From: a virus
Taxonomy: Duplodnaviria > Heunggongvirae > Uroviricota > Caudoviricetes
Strand: one strand, 5' to 3'
DNA length: 64,000 bases
Virus record (IMG/VR): IMGVR_UViG_3300023184_000028
Span: 54,551-118,550 of that record
The translations under genes were made by a program, and so were the position numbers. The notes beneath the pieces were generated by a model. The model saw only the letters and a list, made by a program, of their open reading frames with translations. It made no database searches and had not been told where the DNA came from. Positions 28,922 to 38,000 of the stretch are shown one piece after another; the first letter of the stretch is position 1, and each line of letters starts with the position of its first letter.

Positions 28922-29079
28922 CTTTCCCCGTAAATATCTTTCTTATCCTTACATTTTTCCATTATTAAATTTTCCAAAAACTTGTAAATTTTAATACCTC
29001 TCTTATCGCAATACTTCTTCAGTATCTCATGAGACTCAACGGAAATCTTAAGGTTTTTTATCTTTTTCTTATCTTCCAT
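28918..29079 (-). CDS. Small ribbon-helix-helix DNA-binding protein (not in the ORF track)
   Basis: Manual translation gives MEDKKKIKNLKISVESHEILKKYCDKRGIKIYKFLENLIMEKCKDKKDIYGES (53 aa), with a strand, a helix ending in G and a second helix. TATTTATA lies upstream on the minus strand at 29122-29129. Confidence 0.75.
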   Translation of the reverse strand: MEDKKKIKNLKISVESHEILKKYCDKRGIKIYKFLENLIMEKCKDKKDIYGES

Positions 29080-29088
29080 AATATATAA

Positions 29089-29117
29089 GGCAGAAAAAAG
29101 GTAGAAAATAATCTGCC
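29089..29117. promoter_or_regulatory. Candidate operator: GGCAGA / GGTAGA / TCTGCC boxes
   Basis: Inverted repeat GGCAGA (29089-94) ... TCTGCC (29112-17) with a central direct variant GGTAGA (29100-05), in otherwise AT-rich DNA. Confidence 0.4.
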
Positions 29118-29209
29118 ATAATATAAATATCTTTTGTAAAGTAAAGTTTTTTCGCTAAAAAAGAAATATTTATTAGAAAATAAATCAAACAAAAGAAAAT
29201 TAAAGAATA

Positions 29210-32200
29210 ATGGCAACAAACAGCAAAGTATTCGTATCACCTGGGGTGTATACATCCGAAAGGGATTTAAGTTTCGTCGCTCAAAGTGTTGGTGTAACAA
29301 CTTTGGGTATTGTTGGTGAGACTTTAAGAGGTCCTGCCTTCGAGCCCGTTTTTGTAACTAACTATGATGAGTTTCAAGCTTATTTTGGAGGAACAACTCC
29401 AGAAAAATTTGTGAACACACAAATTCCAAAGTATGAAGCCGCTTATATAGCGAAATCATATCTTCAACAATCAAATCAACTATTTGTAACAAGAGTACTT
29501 GGATTATCAGGTTATGACGCGGGTCCTTCTTGGTCAATTAAAACAATTGCAAACGTAGACGTTGACACTGTAGGTTTCGTTCAAGCTTGTTCGGGAACTC
29601 CTATTTATAGTCCAACCCCTTCATGTGTTGTAACATGTGACCCACCAATTCCAGTAACATTTAGTGTTGAATTTAGTGGTACTGCAGGACAAGATGGTTC
29701 TATAGTACTTACTAACTGGATAGGTGGTAGTGAAATCCAAGTTAAATTGGACGACACCTATACTAAATTTAATGGTAGTACTTCAACATTAAGAGAAGAC
29801 ATTAACGCAGAATTGTTAACTGTTTTTGGTAGTCCAGCAAAAAGTGCATCAACTATTAGTTACTTTGGTACAATATGGGAAACTGAATATTTAATGTTAG
29901 CTCCTGTGTATACTTCAGCAACCAATGTTTTTTCAGTTCAGAATGTTTGTTCAACAAGTGCTATATTAAGTTCTCGTTTAAATGACGCGTGGTACTATTC
30001 GTTATTTGATAACTTTAGTGGTAATAGTTATTCAGGTTTCTCATTCTTCAGTATTGTTGATACTTTAGTAATGTTACCTAAATCTACAACTACTACAACA
30101 ACATCACCTACAACTACCACAACTACATTTAATCCATGTAACCCTGGTGGCGGAGGTGGTGGTGGTGTAACTACAACTACAACTACAGAACCAGATTCAT
30201 TCTCAGGTACTGTAACAGGTTTAATCTACTATTTTACTGGTGATTCTTACGTTAATTATAACAATTTAATAGTTGCAACGATGAGGTCTAGAGGTATTTC
30301 TAACTTTAATACAACTCAACATGGTCCATTATATGAAGTAACTGAATTATCTAACGTAGCTTTAGATTTCTCAGGAAGTTATATGGCGGTAGAAAAAAAT
30401 CCATATGCACCTTTTGGAATTAATATTACGGGAGATACTGGTACTGTTTATTCGTTTCAGGCATCAATGAATCCTAATATTGTTAGTTATTTACCTAAAG
30501 TATTTGGTACTGACAATTTTGCTAAACCAAAATCTGAAGTTCCTTTATTTGTTGAATCAAGATTTGACAGTATGGTAAGTTGGGCATATAAAAAAGGTTT
30601 TATTAGAGGTTTAAGACAAGATTTAACTTCATTTGATAGTGCTAGAAGTAATTTACCAACAAATCATGGTTATTATAATGAACAATATAAATCGCCAGAA
30701 AGCCCTTGGGTTGTTTCTGAATTGAGAGGTAGTGTTGTTTATAATCTATTTAAAGTTATATCTGTATCAGATGGTGATAGTGCTAACAGACAAATTAAAG
30801 TTTCATTTATTAATATGTCATTTGACAATAATAATTTTGATGTATTAGTTCGTGATTTTTATGATTCAGATGAATCTCCTGTTGTTTTGGAAAAATTCAC
30901 TAACTGTTCTATGGATTCAAATCTTAATAGTTTTATTGCTAAAAAAATCGGTACTTCTAACGGTGATTTTACATTGAATTCTAAATTTATTATGTTAGAA
31001 ATGAATGAAGATGCACCTATGGATGCATTACCATGTGGATTTGAAGGTTATAAATACCAAGTTTTTGGTACTGATAAATCTCCATTCCCTGTATATAAAA
31101 CAAGATATACATATCCTGGTGAACAAGTATTTAACCCACCATTTGGTTATTCTGATGGTACTGAAGATGCGTCATTTAGTAGCGGAGATAATGTTAGAAG
31201 AACTTACTTAGGTTTATCAACTAATGTTGATTCTGAATATGATGGAGATTTCTTTGATTATATTGGTAAAATAAATACCGGTTCAATTGAAAACCCAACA
31301 TTGAATGATTGGAATTATATGACAAAAGGTTTCCATATGGACTCGGGAGCAACCTCAATAATAATTTCAAATCAATACACAACTTCAGGTATGTCAGCAT
31401 TTGCCGCAGGTGCCGCTGATTTTAGATTTGACCCAATTGATGAGAATAATCCTTACTATAGAATTTACGCAAGAAAATTCACTGTTATGGTAGCGGGTGG
31501 TTTTGACGGATGGGATATCTATAGAGAATCAAGAACAAATACTGATAAGTACATTCTTGGTAAATCAGGTTACTTAGGTGGAGCCGCACCAGACGCTAGA
31601 TATCCATCAGCAAGTGGTGTTGGTTTATTCAAAAGAATACAAATTGAAGATAATACTGTAGATTGGGCAAATACTGATTACTACGCTTACTTATTAGGAC
31701 AAAGAACATTCTCACATCCTGAATCTACTAATATCAATGTGTTTGTAACTCCAGGTATTGACTACGTTAATAACTTAGGATTGGTTAATCAAGCAATTAA
31801 TTTAGTTGAAATAAATAGAGCTGACTCTTTGTATATCACAACAACACCTGATTTTGAAATGTTTGTACCTAATACTATGAGTCCAATGGATTTCCATTAT
31901 CCTACAGATGCGGTTGACTTGTTAGCCGAATCAGGAATAGATTCTAACTATACGGCAACTTACTATCCTTGGGTATTGACAAGAGATAATGTTAATAATA
32001 CTCAGATTTACATTCCAGCAACTGCTGAAGTTTGTAGAAACTTAGCGTTAACAGATAACATCGCTTTCCCTTGGTTCGCATCAGCGGGTTACACAAGAGG
32101 TCTTGTAAATGCAATTAAAGCTAGACGTAAGTTGACTCAAGAAGATAGAGATACTCTATACATTGGTAGAATCAACCCAATCGCAACGTTCTCAGATGTA

Positions 32201-32563
32201 GGTACGGTAATTTGGGGTAACAAAACTCTACAAGTTGCAGAAAGTGCTCTTAATAGAATCAACGTAAGAAGATTATTATTACAAGCTCGTAAATTAATAT
32301 CTGCAGTAGCTGTTAGATTGTTGTTTGAACAAAATGACCAAAAAGTAAGACAAGATTTCTTAGACGCTGTCAATCCTATCTTAGATGCAATCAGAAGAGA
32401 TAGAGGTTTATACGATTTCCGTGTAACAGTTTCTAATTCTATTGAAGATTTTGATAAAAATCAGTTGGTAGGTAAGATTTATATTAAACCTACTAAATCT
32501 TTAGAATTTATTGATATTGAATTCTTGATTACACCAACAGGTGCTTCATTTGAAGATATCTAA
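29210..32563 (+). CDS. Contractile tail sheath protein (T4 gp18-like), enlarged
   Basis: N-terminal FVSPGVYTSERDLS...GETLRGPAF and C-terminal WFASAG...INPI...WGNKTL...RINVRRLL...IKPTKSLEFI. Confidence 0.95.
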   Translation: MATNSKVFVSPGVYTSERDLSFVAQSVGVTTLGIVGETLRGPAFEPVFVTNYDEFQAYFGGTTPEKFVNTQIPKYEAAYIAKSYLQQSNQLFVTRVLGLSGYDAGPSWSIKTIANVDVDTVGFVQACSGTPIYSPTPSCVVTCDPPIPVTFSVEFSGTAGQDGSIVLTNWIGGSEIQVKLDDTYTKFNGSTSTLREDINAELLTVFGSPAKSASTISYFGTIWETEYLMLAPVYTSATNVFSVQNVCSTSAILSSRLNDAWYYSLFDNFSGNSYSGFSFFSIVDTLVMLPKSTTTTTTSPTTTTTTFNPCNPGGGGGGGVTTTTTTEPDSFSGTVTGLIYYFTGDSYVNYNNLIVATMRSRGISNFNTTQHGPLYEVTELSNVALDFSGSYMAVEKNPYAPFGINITGDTGTVYSFQASMNPNIVSYLPKVFGTDNFAKPKSEVPLFVESRFDSMVSWAYKKGFIRGLRQDLTSFDSARSNLPTNHGYYNEQYKSPESPWVVSELRGSVVYNLFKVISVSDGDSANRQIKVSFINMSFDNNNFDVLVRDFYDSDESPVVLEKFTNCSMDSNLNSFIAKKIGTSNGDFTLNSKFIMLEMNEDAPMDALPCGFEGYKYQVFGTDKSPFPVYKTRYTYPGEQVFNPPFGYSDGTEDASFSSGDNVRRTYLGLSTNVDSEYDGDFFDYIGKINTGSIENPTLNDWNYMTKGFHMDSGATSIIISNQYTTSGMSAFAAGAADFRFDPIDENNPYYRIYARKFTVMVAGGFDGWDIYRESRTNTDKYILGKSGYLGGAAPDARYPSASGVGLFKRIQIEDNTVDWANTDYYAYLLGQRTFSHPESTNINVFVTPGIDYVNNLGLVNQAINLVEINRADSLYITTTPDFEMFVPNTMSPMDFHYPTDAVDLLAESGIDSNYTATYYPWVLTRDNVNNTQIYIPATAEVCRNLALTDNIAFPWFASAGYTRGLVNAIKARRKLTQEDRDTLYIGRINPIATFSDVGTVIWGNKTLQVAESALNRINVRRLLLQARKLISAVAVRLLFEQNDQKVRQDFLDAVNPILDAIRRDRGLYDFRVTVSNSIEDFDKNQLVGKIYIKPTKSLEFIDIEFLITPTGASFEDI

Positions 32564-32573
32564 TATTTATAAT

Positions 32574-32603
32574 GGATGGGGAATAAAATCCCCATCCTTT
32601 TTT
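32574..32603 (+). terminator. Rho-independent terminator after the sheath gene
   Basis: GGATGGGGA-ATAAAA-TCCCCATCC followed by T6. Confidence 0.8.
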
Positions 32604-32610
32604 GCCTATT

Positions 32611-33426
32611 ATGAAAAAAAAACTGAGAGAAGGGATTAATGATGAGGGGACACCTGATTTAAAGTATTATGCGTTTGATTGGGATGATAATATTGTCACA
32701 ATGCCGACAAAAATAATACTTAAAAACGAGGAAGGTGATGATGTTGGAATGTCTACTGAAGATTTTGCTAAATACAGAAGTAGATTAGGGAAAGAAAATT
32801 TTAATTATAAAGGGGACGTTATTGTTGGTTATGGTGAGAATCCTTTTAGGAATTTCAGAACCGAGGGTGATAAATTATTTATAATTGATTCCATGTTAGC
32901 AAAACCAGGTCCTGCTTGGGGTGATTTTATGGAAGCAATAAACTCAGGTTCAATATTCTCAATAATAACAGCTAGAGGACATAATCCTAATACGATTAAA
33001 GAAGCGGTTTATAATTATATTATTTCAGGTTTCAATGGGTTGGATAAAAGTGAGTTGATAAAAAACTTAAAAAAATATAGGGAATTTACAGACCAAGATA
33101 ACTTAAAAGATATTGAATTAATTAGAGATTATCTTAATTTATGTAGATTTTATCCTGTTTCTTTTGGTGAAGGTGCTGAATCAAATCCTGAAGAAGCTAA
33201 AATAAAGGCGTTAGAAGAATTTGTGAATTATATTAAGGAATTATCACATGAATTAAATAAAAAGGCTTATTTAAAAAATAATGTGAAAAATTTCTTTTTA
33301 CCTACTGTAGGATTTTCTGATGATGATATTAAAAATGTTGAAGCAATTAAATCGCATTTTAATAATAAAGAAGATAATATAGTTAAAACATATTCAACAC
33401 AAGGAGGAATTAAAAAAGAATATTAA
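32611..33426 (+). CDS. HAD-superfamily (polynucleotide kinase-phosphatase-like) protein
   Basis: FDWDDN (motif I), ITARGH (II), K (III) and GFSDDD (IV). The ATG at 32611 is preferred to the TTG at 32602, which lies in the terminator tail. Confidence 0.7.
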   Translation: MKKKLREGINDEGTPDLKYYAFDWDDNIVTMPTKIILKNEEGDDVGMSTEDFAKYRSRLGKENFNYKGDVIVGYGENPFRNFRTEGDKLFIIDSMLAKPGPAWGDFMEAINSGSIFSIITARGHNPNTIKEAVYNYIISGFNGLDKSELIKNLKKYREFTDQDNLKDIELIRDYLNLCRFYPVSFGEGAESNPEEAKIKALEEFVNYIKELSHELNKKAYLKNNVKNFFLPTVGFSDDDIKNVEAIKSHFNNKEDNIVKTYSTQGGIKKEY

Positions 33427-33549
33427 TTAATAACTGGATACTGGATTCTAGATAAGAATAAAAAATAAAAAAAACAAAGTAAATACAAATATTTTTTAAA
33501 ACGAAGTATTTATAATAAAATAAAACAAAAAAATTAAAATTGTAATATT

Positions 33550-34038
33550 ATGGCTGATTTACTCATGAAGATGCCGGTTCCATACGAACCAAAACGGCAG
33601 AATAGGTTTATCTTAAGATTTCCATCTAATTTGGGAATCAACGAATGGTTTGTTGAATCTGCAGCTAGACCACACATCAAAATTAACTCAACTGAAATTC
33701 AGTTCTTAAATACATCTACTTACGTAGCAGGTAGATTTACTTGGGACCCAATTACAGTTAAGTTTAGAGACCCAATTGGACCTTCAGCGTCTCAAGCTCT
33801 TATGGAGTGGGTTCGTTTATGTGCTGAATCAGTTACAGGACGTATGGGTTACGCAGCGGGTTACAAGAAAAATGTTGATTTGGACATGTTAGACCCAACA
33901 GGTGTTGTGGTTGAAAAATGGATTCTTCAAGATACATTCTTAACCGATGTAAATTTTGATTCTTTGAGTTATTCTCAAGATGCGTTAGCGACAATCACTG
34001 CTTCTCTTAGAATGGATAGATGTATATTGGTTTATTGA
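33550..34038 (+). CDS. Tail tube protein (T4 gp19-like)
   Basis: EPKRQNRF...RPHI...WDPITVKFRDPI...MGYAAGYKK...LDPTGVVVEKW. Located between the sheath and the tape measure. Confidence 0.9.
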   Translation: MADLLMKMPVPYEPKRQNRFILRFPSNLGINEWFVESAARPHIKINSTEIQFLNTSTYVAGRFTWDPITVKFRDPIGPSASQALMEWVRLCAESVTGRMGYAAGYKKNVDLDMLDPTGVVVEKWILQDTFLTDVNFDSLSYSQDALATITASLRMDRCILVY

Positions 34039-34097
34039 TTTTTTATTACTAAAATATATTAATATATTCTATTGATAAAAAAAATATAATCCCTATA

Positions 34098-34141
34098 TTT
34101 AACCGTAGAGACAATAAACTCTTTACGGTTAAATTTTTTTT
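34098..34141 (+). terminator. 14-bp hairpin with T-tract immediately upstream of the tail chaperone ATG
   Basis: TTTAACCGTAGAGA (34098-111) pairs with TCTTTACGGTTAAA (34120-133) with one G.U pair, followed by a T run. Confidence 0.55.
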
Positions 34142-34144
34142 TAT

Positions 34145-34900
34145 ATGGATGCAACACAACAATATGCTCAACAGAATTTCTCATTACCACACGATGTCGT
34201 AAAATTACCATCAGGTGGAGTATTTTATAAATCAAAGAAAAAGGTTATCAAAGTAGGGTATCTTACTGCTGCTGATGAAAATCTATTGATGGCGGGAGGA
34301 ACTATTGGAAACGATAGCGTTATTATGACACTCCTTCGTAGTAAAATATATGAATCTGATATTAAACCTGAGGAGTTATTACAAAGTGATATCCAAGCAA
34401 TTCTAATCTTCTTAAGAAACACTGCTTTCGGAACTGACTATGAGTTTTCAATTGAAGACCCCGAAACAGGTAAAATATTTAATTCCATTATATCTTTGGA
34501 GGAATTATTTTTAAAACAAACTGATGTTAAACCAAGTGAAGATGGTTCTTTATTAGCAACATTACCTAAATCAGGTATTTCTGTTAAAGTGAAACCTTTA
34601 TCTTTTGGTGAATTAAATGAGTTGGATAAAATGGCGGAATCATATCCACAAGGAAGAGTAGTTCCAAAACAAACTTGGAAATTACAACGAATGATTGTTG
34701 AAATGGATGGTAATTCAGACAAATCATATATTGTTCAAAATATTGAAACATTACCTATTTCAGATGCCAAATTTATTAGAAAATTTGTTGATGACAATGA
34801 GCCAGGATTAGACCTAAACAAAAAAATTATAGCCCCATCAGGAAAAGAGATATCTGTCAATATATCTTTTGGGGCGGAGTTCTTTCGGCCTTTCTTCTAA
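34145..34900 (+). CDS. Tail assembly chaperone / T4 gp26-like baseplate hub assembly protein
   Basis: VKLPSGG...YLTAADEN...ILIFLRNTAFG...PGLDL...FFRP. Located between the tube and the tape measure. Confidence 0.75.
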   Translation: MDATQQYAQQNFSLPHDVVKLPSGGVFYKSKKKVIKVGYLTAADENLLMAGGTIGNDSVIMTLLRSKIYESDIKPEELLQSDIQAILIFLRNTAFGTDYEFSIEDPETGKIFNSIISLEELFLKQTDVKPSEDGSLLATLPKSGISVKVKPLSFGELNELDKMAESYPQGRVVPKQTWKLQRMIVEMDGNSDKSYIVQNIETLPISDAKFIRKFVDDNEPGLDLNKKIIAPSGKEISVNISFGAEFFRPFF

Positions 34901-35048
34901 TTACCGAGAATCACAATCTAGAGAATACTATATCTGCACTAAACACTTAAACGTGTCTTATGCAGATTTTTGTGTTATGCCTATCTTTCTACGAAAATTC
35001 ATAATTAATGAATTAGTTACGGAAAACTCTCCACCACAAAATAAATAA
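34884..35048 (+). CDS. Unannotated +1-frame ORF, the probable frameshift extension of the tail chaperone (gp51/gpT-like)
   Basis: Translation is FGLSSNYRESQSREYYICTKHLNVSYADFCVMPIFLRKFIINELVTENSPPQNK*. The frame is open from 34833 and has no ATG until 34977. Confidence 0.65.
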   Translation, partial: FGLSSNYRESQSREYYICTKHLNVSYADFCVMPIFLRKFIINELVTENSPPQNK

Positions 35049-35077
35049 CTAAATATTTATGTTAAATGTAATTTATT

Positions 35078-38000
35078 ATGCTTGAAGGAAAAAAAACAGA
35101 TACTACTTCATCAGAAGTAAAAGAAGCTCTACCAATATTTGGTGACTTTGATTTAGGTAAAGTTGCTGATGGATTAAATCCTGTGAATGCCGCGTTTAGG
35201 ATTCTTAACAGTAATGTCAATGTACTTAGTGAATCATTTCAAACAAAGTTAGTAGAATCTATTAATAAAATGGAAACTGCGGTTACCAGTTTAGCAATGA
35301 AGTTTGGTGGTAATAGGGAAATGGTTGGTGAAATTGAAAAGAGTCTTAGTTTAGCGAGAAGTAGTGTTGTATCATTAGGTGGTACATTAGATGATGTTGT
35401 AAATATTCAAGCGGGTGTAATTAAAGGATTACAAACTCAAACAATTTTAGATAAAGAATCTTATGGTGATTTATATGCCATTGGTAATTTAATTAATGAC
35501 GGTGCCAAAACCACTGCAGAATCAACTGCAAATTTAGTAAAACAATTTTCAGATGCTGGATATGGTTTATATAATATTAGCAAAGAAATGGGTACTATTA
35601 TTTCTAATGCTAGAGAAATTGGTGTTGCTACATCTGCGGTTTATAAACAACTTAGTGATAATATTGGTGTTGTTTCTTTATATAACTTTGAAAATGGTGT
35701 GCAAGGTATGGCCAAAATGGCGACTGAAGCTGCGGGATTAAGACTTAATATGGCAGATGTTTTAAAGGTCGCTGATAAAGTTTTTAACCCTGAAGATGCG
35801 ATACAAATGGCTGCTGATATGCAGAGGTTAGGTGTTAATGTAACTAGTTTATTAGACCCATATAAGTTAATGGATATGGGTAGAAATCATCCTGAAGAGT
35901 TACAAAAATCCATGGAAGAAATGCTTGGGTCTCTAACATATTTTGATGAAAAACAACAAGCTATAAGGATATTACCAAACGAACAAGGTAGATTAAGAAA
36001 AATTGCTGAGGCAATGGGAATGGGTGCAAAAGAAGCCGCTCAAATGGCGGTTAATTTTGCTGATATGGATAGAAAGATGAGTAAAATTAAATTCTCATCT
36101 GATTTTGCAACAGAAGAAGATAAACAATTAGTTGCACATATGGCACAAATTGGTGAAAAAGGTACACAATTTGAAGGTAAATATGTCGTTAATTTATTGG
36201 ACGAATCTGGTGAACCAACGTTAAAGGCGGTTGAAGAGTTAACTAAAGCCGATAAAGAGAGGCTCAAAAAAATGGAGGGGGATAAAGGTAAAAGTCCCAC
36301 TGAATTACAAATTGAGGCTAATAATTATCTTTCTAATATCAACAATAGTTTAAAGGCTAGAGAAGGGGTAGTCCCTACAGCAATGGCTGCATCAACATCT
36401 TTTCAAAAGATACAAAAAGGAATTTACGAAAGAGTTGACCCTGTAATAAAAGGTGTGGGTGCTGCTTATGGTATGGTGGAAAATAAGAAAGGTTATATTG
36501 ATGTAAAACCTGCCATTAGTAAAGCAGAAAAAGTTGCTGAGAATACTCTTGGAGGGTTTGTTAATGCTTTACAAAATGGGGAAACCGATACTAAAAAAAT
36601 ATTTAATAATTTAAAAGGTTCATTTAATGACTTGGTTACTGATTTTGGAAATGCTTCTAAAAAGATTGCTGAGTTCTCTAACAGAATATCAGAAGAAGGT
36701 GTAAAAAGTGGTAAATATTCTGAAACTCACAAATATGATGATTTAGTAAATAGTATTACTAATATGGTTACAACGGTGACAAACAAATTTGGTGTTATTT
36801 TATCAAATTCAAATACAACGCCAAATACTACAGTAGTAACTAATTCAAACTACACCCCAACAACTAACCCTAATTATCCTATTACACCTTCATCGTCACA
36901 ACCAGCACCTCCACCATCGTCAACAATAACAATACCACCGGCAAGTAATACTCTTCCCGTAATTAACGCTAATTATCCGGTATCGTCACAACCAGCACCT
37001 CCACCATCGTCAACAATAACAATACCACCGGCAAGTAATACTCTTCCCGTAACTAATGCTAACTATCAAATACCATCACAACCAACAACAAATACACCAC
37101 CACTAATACAAAGAATTACAACACCACAAACAAATAATGTTGGAGTTGCACCAACAACTAATAATTCTTTATCAACACAACAACAGTCACTTACCAATTT
37201 ATCTAAACTGTTTAAAGAAATTGATGATAATATTAATAATCTTTCTACTTCTAAGATTCAACAAAGTTCAATACCTTCTACAAGTATAGATTGGGTTAGT
37301 ATTATAAGTACGGGTAGTGCTTTAGGATTTGGTAATGCATTATCTAAATTTGAGAATCCTGGAACAATAAAAATGACATTGTATGGTGATAAAGCGGGAT
37401 TAGGGTTACAGATAAGTAATAGTGTTGGTAAAATGGAAAATACTATTGGTAATGCCATCACCGAATCTCAAAAGTCAAATACAAACGTAGTAACAAAAAC
37501 GGAAGTTAAAAAAGAAGAATCTTCTACACAAAAAAATACAATATCGGTACCTACTTCTTATACAACTCCTAACGAATTAAAAGGTGCGGTACAAAAACCA
37601 TTTATAGGACCAATACAACCTGAAAAAACATCCGTTATTACCGCAACACCTCCACCAACACCTGAACCTATTATAAATGTTGTAAAACCTAAAATTGGTG
37701 GTGAGGATGAAACATCGTTAATTTCTGAAATTGTAAGAAATGAAAATAATATTATAAATGAGGTAAAAGATTGGAAAACACCGATGGTATTGCCTGAGGA
37801 GACTAAGAAAGAAACAAATATGTTTTTATTACCATCAACTACGGAAAAACCTTATGATGTTAATACACCTTTAAAACCTAAAGAAGAAGAAAAAGAAAAA
37901 ACAATAACACCTACAGAAACTAAAACTATTGAGACGAAGCCGACAACCGATATTTTTGGTAGTTCTAATAAGTTAACTGATTCTATTGTTAATTTCTTAA

